From Hyphomicrobiales bacterium (lineage in GTDB: Bacteria > Pseudomonadota > Alphaproteobacteria > Rhizobiales > TMED25): DNA of 64,000 nucleotides. The notes beneath the pieces were generated by a model. It was given only the letters and a program-made list of their open reading frames with translations. It did not search any database and had not been told where the DNA came from. Positions 58,640 through 64,000 of the stretch are shown here, in pieces (the stretch's first letter is position 1; each line of letters begins with the position of its first letter). A program made the translations under genes and the position numbers. The DNA lies in NCBI GenBank assembly GCA_965204565.1, contig CBDBEU010000005.1:324366-388365 (forward strand), written 5' to 3'.

Positions 58640-59470
58640 TGCGGCAGTCGGTCTTCGGGCGATTGGCCGGATATGATGATGTGAACGACGCGGACCGTCC
58701 GGCGCTCGATCCGTTGATGCGGCAGGTGGTCGGAGGGCGTGGTGTTGATGCCGAGGCTGCGTCTGCCGGCCGGATGGGTCGGTTCGAGACCGAGGTGTCG
58801 GCGGCCGCCGACAATCGCGGTGCGCCGGCGGACGTATCCGGTCAATAGATCGATCGGGCTCACGCCGCGATGGCGCCCGAATGGATCACACCGGACATGG
58901 GCGGTTCGGTCGGCCCGCGCCATGGCGCGCAGGAGAACACCGCCTGGAACGGGCATTTCGGCTGCATGTGCCATCATCCTTTGTTCGTCCTTAACCGGCT
59001 TGGCCGCCTCGAACGCCGTTCATTGCGCCCCGGCAATGTTCACAGCGCCGATGGCCGGGAAAATGTGCTCAAGCCGGTGTTGGCGCGATATGCGGATCGT
59101 GAGCTGATGCGGTTCTTCCGGACCGATGCCGCTTTTGCTGTCCCGGAGCTCTACAAGACGCCGGAGGCGGAAGGCTGTTCCTGCGCCATCCGGCCTGGGA
59201 AGACCGTTGTTCCGGAAAGCAGGATTGCGCCTGTGCTCAAGTGCCCCGCGGGTCGCCCGCCGACCCATGTGCGGGGCATTTGCGGCGACTTCGCGTATCA
59301 GGCCGCGTCACGGGACAAACCATGGCGGGTCGTCTCCAGGGTCGAACGGCATGTCGAGGAAGGCAGGCAGTCGGTCAATCGGACGCGTCTTTCCTGCAAG
59401 GGCATGGCGCGGAACGAGGTGTGGCTTCAGCTTCATGCATCGGCCTGCAATCCCGGTGTCTTCCTGCAGG
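58640..59470 (+). mobile_element. IS1380-family element, truncated at both ends (reference copy for the 15345-15708 insertion site)
   Basis: FGRLAGYDDVNDADRPALDP...HHPLFVLNRLGRLERRSLRPGNVHSADGRENVL...AFAVPELY...[16 protein letters not shown]. Preceded by a roughly 40-bp IS3 orfA scrap (58607-58645, minus strand). Confidence 0.7.
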
Positions 59471-60596
59471 GCGCCGATCTGCTGGAGACGCCGGTGAGTG
59501 CGACGGTTTGACCAGTGACCAGCGCGCCCGGCTCAAGGCGTTGGAGCGCGAGAATAAAGAGCTACGCCAGGCCAACGAGATCCTGAAGAAGGCGTCCGCG
59601 TATTTTGCACAGGCGGAGCTCGACTGCCCGTTCCGCAAATGATTGCCTGCACTGAAGAGCATCAAGGGGACTTTGGGGTCGAGCCGACCTGCCGTGTGCT
59701 GCCGATCGCCCATCGAGCTGCTACAGGCATGCGGCCATCGCCCGGGATCCTGATTTGGCGTCAGACCGAGCCCGGCAGGATGCGACAGACCTGAAGGAGA
59801 TCAAGCGTGTCCATGACGAGAGCAAAGGCAGATACGCAGCCCGCAAAGTCTGGCACCCGTTGCGCCGGGAAGACAGGGATATCGCACGGTGCACTGTAGA
59901 GCGGCTCATGAGAGAGCATGTATTACAAGGGGTTACGCGCGGCAGGAAGAGAACCACGATCCCTGATCCGGCGCAGTCCTGCCCGGATGACAAGGTCAAT
60001 CGCGACTTCACCGCCACCGCGCCCACCCGGATCTCTGCCAACCAGATCCGGGTGTCGGACTTCACCTGCGTGTCGACCTGGATGGGGATGGTCTATGTGG
60101 CCTTTGTCATTGATGTCTTCGCCCGCAAGATCGTGGGCTGGCGCGTCTCGACGTCCATGACGACGGGCTTCGTGCCGGATGCCTTGAGCCAGGCGATCTG
60201 CCAGCAGTGTCCGGCTGAAGGCAGCGGGTTGATCCATCACTCGGACCGCGGCAGCCAGTATCTGTCAATCCGCTATACCGAACGTCTGGGGGAGGCCGGG
60301 ATTGACATCTCGGTCGGCAGCATTGGCGACAGCTATGACAACGCCCTGGCGGAAAGCGTCATCGGCCTGTTCAAGACTGAGGTCATCGAGTTCTTCGGGC
60401 CGTGGAAATTCGTGGCCCGGGTTGATTGGGAAACCCTGCAATGGGTCAGTTGGTACAACACAGAGCGGCTACACGGCGCCATCGGCCACCGACCGCCGCA
60501 GGAAATGGAGGACGCCTTCCATGCAAGCATGAACGCCCTTGATAAAGTCGCATAGGTTTGGAACAAAAAAGTCTCCAGTAAAACCGGGGCGGTTCA
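59470..60596 (+). mobile_element. IS3-family element, 5'-truncated, orfB frameshifted
   Basis: orfA tail [39 protein letters not shown]. orfB DDE region (HHSDRGSQYLSIRYTERL...GDSYDNALAES). Right end ..CCGGGGCGGTTCA at 60596. Confidence 0.8.
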
Positions 60597-60978
60597 CTTT
60601 TACCCAATATGGCCGTGTCGATGCAACTGCGGAAGCCGATGTGAGCGCCAGCGGCTTCGGGCCCGCGGAGAATGGCATGTGGCGCGCACGAGCCGTCGCG
60701 CACTCATTTGAACGCTCGGCGGGCTTCATAACCACAATCGAGGTCGAAGCGCCGGAGACGCCGAAGAAATGAGGTCCTTCAAATGGATGTTGAAAGGTGT
60801 TTGAGAGAGAGATGATCTGAAGCGACAAAACCAATACCTGGCCACCGCTGATATGACAAAAACGGCCGTTACAGATGACCTGCGCTGTGATCAAACCCGG
60901 TGTCACGCTACAGTCAAAAATATAGAATTTTTCAACATTGTGGGAGGAGATGACGTCATTCATGTCGCCAGTACTAGT

Positions 60979-61976
60979 TGTTTGATCCTGCGGTTTGATG
61001 GTGTGATGCTTTCGTTGGAATGGAAGAAAGCATTATGGGACAGGTTCGTCACGCGAGCGCCACGACCACGCACGCTGTCAGAGCAGCAATACAGCGATCG
61101 CGGAACTGAGCCGGGAACCGGGTGTCAACCCCAAGACGATTGCCAGGTGGCGGAAACGGCAGACGGTTGAGGATCGCAAGACAGGCCCGAAGGAACCGCG
61201 CTCAACCGTTCTCAGTGAAGCCGAGGAGGCGATGATCGTTGCCTTCCGGCGGCACAGGTTGCTTCCGCTGGATGACTGCCTCCATGCCCTTCAGCCGTCA
61301 ATCCCGCGCCTGACACGGTCGGCCCTGCATCGGTGCCTGCAACGGCATGGCATATCGCGCTTGCCTGACGTCGAAGGGGACACACCAAAGCGGCAGCGTT
61401 TCAAGAGCTATCCAATCGGGGGCTTCCACATGTACATCGCCGAGGTCCAGACCGCCGAGGACAGGCTGTAGCTGTTCGCAGCCATTGATCGGACCAGAAA
61501 ATCTGCGGTCACTCAGCTCGTAGACAAGGCCAACCGCAAGACAGCCCGGGAGTTCCTTGAACATCTGCTCGAAGCCGTCCCGTATCACATCCACACGATC
61601 CTGACCGATAATGGCATCCGGTTCGCCGCGCAGCCACGGAACCGAAACACGATCTATTCCCGGCCCATGCGCTTTGACATGATCTGCCACGCCAACGGGA
61701 TTGAACACCGGCTGACCAGGCCCAGCCATCCATGGACCAACGGCCAGGTCGAGCGGATCAACCGGACGATCAAAGACGCCACCGTCAAACGCTATCACGA
61801 CGACAATCATGATCAGCTGCGCACACATCCGGCAGACTTCATGGCATCCTGCAATTTCGCCCGAAGGCTAAAGACCCTCAACGTCCTGACGCATTACGAA
61901 TATATCTGCAAAATCCGGACTTCAGAGCCAGATAAATTCAATGGCAATCCGATCTACAAGATGACGGGACTGAACA
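60979..61976 (+). mobile_element. IS481-family element with both ends and a 6-bp target duplication; transposase has a frameshift and an in-frame TAG
   Basis: Ends TGTTTGATCC / GGACTGAACA. ACTAGT direct repeats at 60973-60978 and 61977-61982. Encodes HPWTNGQVERINRTIK. In-frame TAG at 61469-61471. Confidence 0.8.
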
Positions 61977-61977
61977 A

Positions 61978-62613
61978 CTAGTCGTCACTGACGCACATCA
62001 GCCAATTGTAGTGCACACGGTAGCCGGCAGAGACCAGCAGGTTCACGGTTTCATGCAACGGCAGTCCGACAACAGCGGAATAGGACCCGGCAATGCGCAC
62101 CACAAACGCGCCGGCGAGTCCTTGAATCGCATAGCCGCCGGCTTTGCCGCGCCACTCACCGCTTGCCAGATAACTTTCGATCTCATCGCGCGACAGACGC
62201 TTGAAACGCACCCGCGCTTCGACCGTGCGCTCACGCATACGCCCTTTGGAATCTATGAGACAGACCGCGGTGTAGACCCGGTGTCCGCGGCCAGACAACA
62301 TGCGCAGCGCATAAGCTGCTTCTTCAAGCAGAGTAGGCTTTGGAATTGAGCGCCGTCCAATGGCGACCACGGTATCGGCGCCAAGCACCAGCGCATCCTT
62401 CAATTCCGGGTCTTTCTGATTGGCGGCACGCGCCATTTCAGCCTTGGCGCGAGCGAGACGGCGCGCGCGAACGCGCGGCAATTCGCGCCGGCCGGGAGTT
62501 TCGTCAATATCAACGGGTCTTAGGGAACCCGGCTGAACGCCGACCTGCTGAAGCAAGGCCAGGCGCCGTACCGATCCGCTCGCAAGCACGAGCTTGGGTT
62601 GGCCAACAGTCAT
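61978..62613 (-). CDS. maf: Maf-family nucleoside-triphosphate pyrophosphatase
   Basis: 211 aa. [14 protein letters not shown] and [18 protein letters not shown]. Its stop codon lies inside the ACTAGT target duplication. Confidence 0.85.
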   Translation of the reverse strand: MTVGQPKLVLASGSVRRLALLQQVGVQPGSLRPVDIDETPGRRELPRVRARRLARAKAEMARAANQKDPELKDALVLGADTVVAIGRRSIPKPTLLEEAAYALRMLSGRGHRVYTAVCLIDSKGRMRERTVEARVRFKRLSRDEIESYLASGEWRGKAGGYAIQGLAGAFVVRIAGSYSAVVGLPLHETVNLLVSAGYRVHYNWLMCVSDD

Positions 62614-62670
62614 AAAGCGAAAGCTCCGCGGGGCCGTCTCACGCGCCGGTCATCGGTGGCCATGGCGGAC

Positions 62671-62772
62671 CTATTCCTGCCGCAATCGGGCGAGAATGAT
62701 CGCGATAGGCGGCAAAATCAAGCCGTAGCAGCCAACCCACAAAACGGTGCCCCATGGACAACAGTTCGTCAC
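62671..62772 (-). CDS. possible 33-aa membrane peptide
   Basis: GTG lies 1 nt after the upstream stop. (M)TNCCPWGTVLWVGCYGLILPPIAIILARLRQE is one hydrophobic helix. Below the ORF-track length cut-off. Confidence 0.3.
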   Translation of the reverse strand: MTNCCPWGTVLWVGCYGLILPPIAIILARLRQE

Positions 62773-62775
62773 GGT

Positions 62776-63012
62776 TCACCCGCCAAGATCGAGCTTGCTG
62801 CTTATCCAGCCGATCAGCCTTTCGGCAACACTCAAAACCGCAACAACGGCAACGAGGGAGACCAGAAAGCGCATTTCAAGAATGAAACCCCGGAACGGCT
62901 GGGGCAGTATTTGGCCCAGAAGCGGGCGTGAATACTCCCATGAGAGCCAGGCGATGAGACCGGCAAGGACCACCATGGCGACGGTAGTGAGGAATGTAAA
63001 GGCAGCCTTCAT
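62776..63012 (-). CDS. small two-TM membrane protein, hypothetical
   Basis: 78 aa, tightly packed after 63014-63790 (1-nt gap). Confidence 0.5.
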   Translation of the reverse strand: MKAAFTFLTTVAMVVLAGLIAWLSWEYSRPLLGQILPQPFRGFILEMRFLVSLVAVVAVLSVAERLIGWISSKLDLGG

Positions 63013-63013
63013 T

Positions 63014-63790
63014 TCATGGCACTCTTACCGTGCCGGGATCGATCCGCAACACCATGAGATCGTCGCGCCGCTCGACCTCGCCTTCAATTTCAACAATCAG
63101 CGCCACAATATCGTAGACTTCATCGGCTAGGGGGCCGCCAGTAGAATCAGCGAGCAGAAAATAGGACTCACCATCGACCGCGCCCGAGGAGATGAAAACC
63201 GGTGGCGTGCCGCCGATCAGACAGATATTGGCGCAGGCTTTGTGAGCAAGCCCGCGCCCGGGGCGCATCGCTCCTTGCGCGCATTTGCCATCGCAAACCT
63301 CGCCGGTTAGCCGCCAGCGACCGAAACTGCGCGCCGGCGCTGGCTGATAATCTTCAAGCGCATGCGCTGCATCTGTGTCCAACTGCCTGACAGAGCCCGG
63401 GCCTCGCATTTGCAGCATGTCGATATTGCTGCGCCTGAGAAGCCCTCCTTCAACTTCAACCAATTGACCGTCGAGCTCAGCAACCTTGAGGCCAGCCCCC
63501 CGCTTGCCAGGCCCCGCCAACAAGACCGCCCGCGGCCCCTGATTACCGTTCGCCGGCAAGTGGAGAACCGGATATGGATCAAGGCGCAAGCGGCCTTGGA
63601 GTTTTTGACGGCCCTCCTCGAACACAATACGCGCATTACCCGGATCGCCGACACTGGCACTCAAGGAGAAGGCAAGCCCGATCATGGCGCCGAGAAACGC
63701 AGCGGCAAATATCATCAGAAATATCGCCAAAGGCTGAGGCACCTGGTTCAGATAGCCGACATAGAACGGTGCGCGATCTGGTTTGCTCAT
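63014..63790 (-). CDS. membrane-anchored hypothetical protein with a CxxxC...CxxxC motif
   Basis: 258 aa. N-terminal TM (LAIFLMIFAAAFLGAMIGLAF). CDGKCAQGAMRPGRGLAHKACANICLIGG. Start overlaps the Rieske gene stop (ATGA). Confidence 0.6.
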   Translation of the reverse strand: MSKPDRAPFYVGYLNQVPQPLAIFLMIFAAAFLGAMIGLAFSLSASVGDPGNARIVFEEGRQKLQGRLRLDPYPVLHLPANGNQGPRAVLLAGPGKRGAGLKVAELDGQLVEVEGGLLRRSNIDMLQMRGPGSVRQLDTDAAHALEDYQPAPARSFGRWRLTGEVCDGKCAQGAMRPGRGLAHKACANICLIGGTPPVFISSGAVDGESYFLLADSTGGPLADEVYDIVALIVEIEGEVERRDDLMVLRIDPGTVRVP

Positions 63791-64000
63791 GGCTCAAAAT
63801 CCGGGATCGGCACTGGCTTGACAGGCGTTCCTGGTGGATTGGGATGCGGGTCAAGCATTACCCGCCCTGCCTCGCAGCGCAGGCGATAAGTGGCGATCTT
63901 TTCAGTGAATGGCGACGGCGCACAACCATCGGCAAGGCGGTACTGGAAGCCATGCCATGGACAGGTCACACAGTCATCGATCACGCGGCCTTCGCCCAAT
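63787..64000 (-). CDS. Rieske [2Fe-2S]-domain protein, 3' part (gene continues beyond the window)
   Basis: Second Rieske box CPWHGFQY. Open to the window edge. Confidence 0.7.
   Translation of the reverse strand, partial: LGEGRVIDDCVTCPWHGFQYRLADGCAPSPFTEKIATYRLRCEAGRVMLDPHPNPPGTPVKPVPIPDFEP

Noticed and set aside
60469-60963. 164-aa minus-strand and 77-aa plus-strand ORFs in the 376-bp spacer between the IS3 and IS481 elements
   Set aside because: The ORFs overlap one another and extend into IS3 sequence. They have no SD and no motifs. The region is the native 3' flank of maf.
25266-61471. All four in-frame nonsense lesions noticed (25266, 41036, 57536, 61469) are TAG, raising the question of amber suppression or recoding
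   Set aside because: All four sit in genes with other inactivating lesions (frameshifts or truncations). In a GC-rich genome single substitutions of CAG, GAG, TGG or TAC naturally yield TAG. Four cases are too few to support a recoding claim.
1-64000. CRISPR arrays, prophage, toxin-antitoxin, retron or other defence modules
   Set aside because: The only repeated sequences are IS copies and the two short tandem duplications. No cas, integrase, reverse-transcriptase, nuclease/ATPase defence-type or phage structural genes were recognised in any frame.

Overview
GC-rich 64-kb window. Gene content (TTT/Bug transporter, DUF1330, Gfo/Idh/MocA, Ldh_2, IS types, GC3-biased codons) suggests an accessory or catabolic region of an alphaproteobacterial replicon; that placement is inference. 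About 40 genes look intact. They include an amtB-glnK pair beside tRNA-Leu(CAA), a tctCBA uptake system bracketed by two Gfo/Idh/MocA dehydrogenases, proXWV, pyruvate carboxylase, a CPA2 antiporter, a 1011-aa FAD/Fe-S oxidase, a cytochrome P450, two M24 hydrolases, an HpcH aldolase, two ketopantoate-reductase-like paralogs and maf. Decay is the dominant signal. I count 15 pieces from 8 IS lineages: IS30, IS1380, three IS5-family lineages, two IS3-family lineages and IS481. None has an intact transposase, and several are nested in one another. At least 10 cellular genes are pseudogenes: two MFS paralogs, FkbM, CpaB, sulfotransferase, a Wzy-like protein, a DegT aminotransferase, a pterin-binding methyltransferase, EgtD and an IS-split secreted-protein gene. 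No intact transcriptional regulator gene was seen. I did not recognise a defence system, CRISPR array, prophage or secretion system. The most unusual items are: (1) an exactly delimited 364-bp AT-richer insertion inside an IS1380 transposase gene, carrying its own 88-aa ORF and having no target duplication or inverted repeats; (2) two paralogous uncharacterised two-repeat proteins, one directly upstream of an orphan P450; (3) a decaying ABC-transporter-type polysaccharide locus; (4) a pterin-binding methyltransferase remnant fused to the proXWV locus; (5) a Rieske / Cys-rich membrane protein cluster upstream of maf. All coordinates of IS junctions are by-eye alignments (+/- a few bp).
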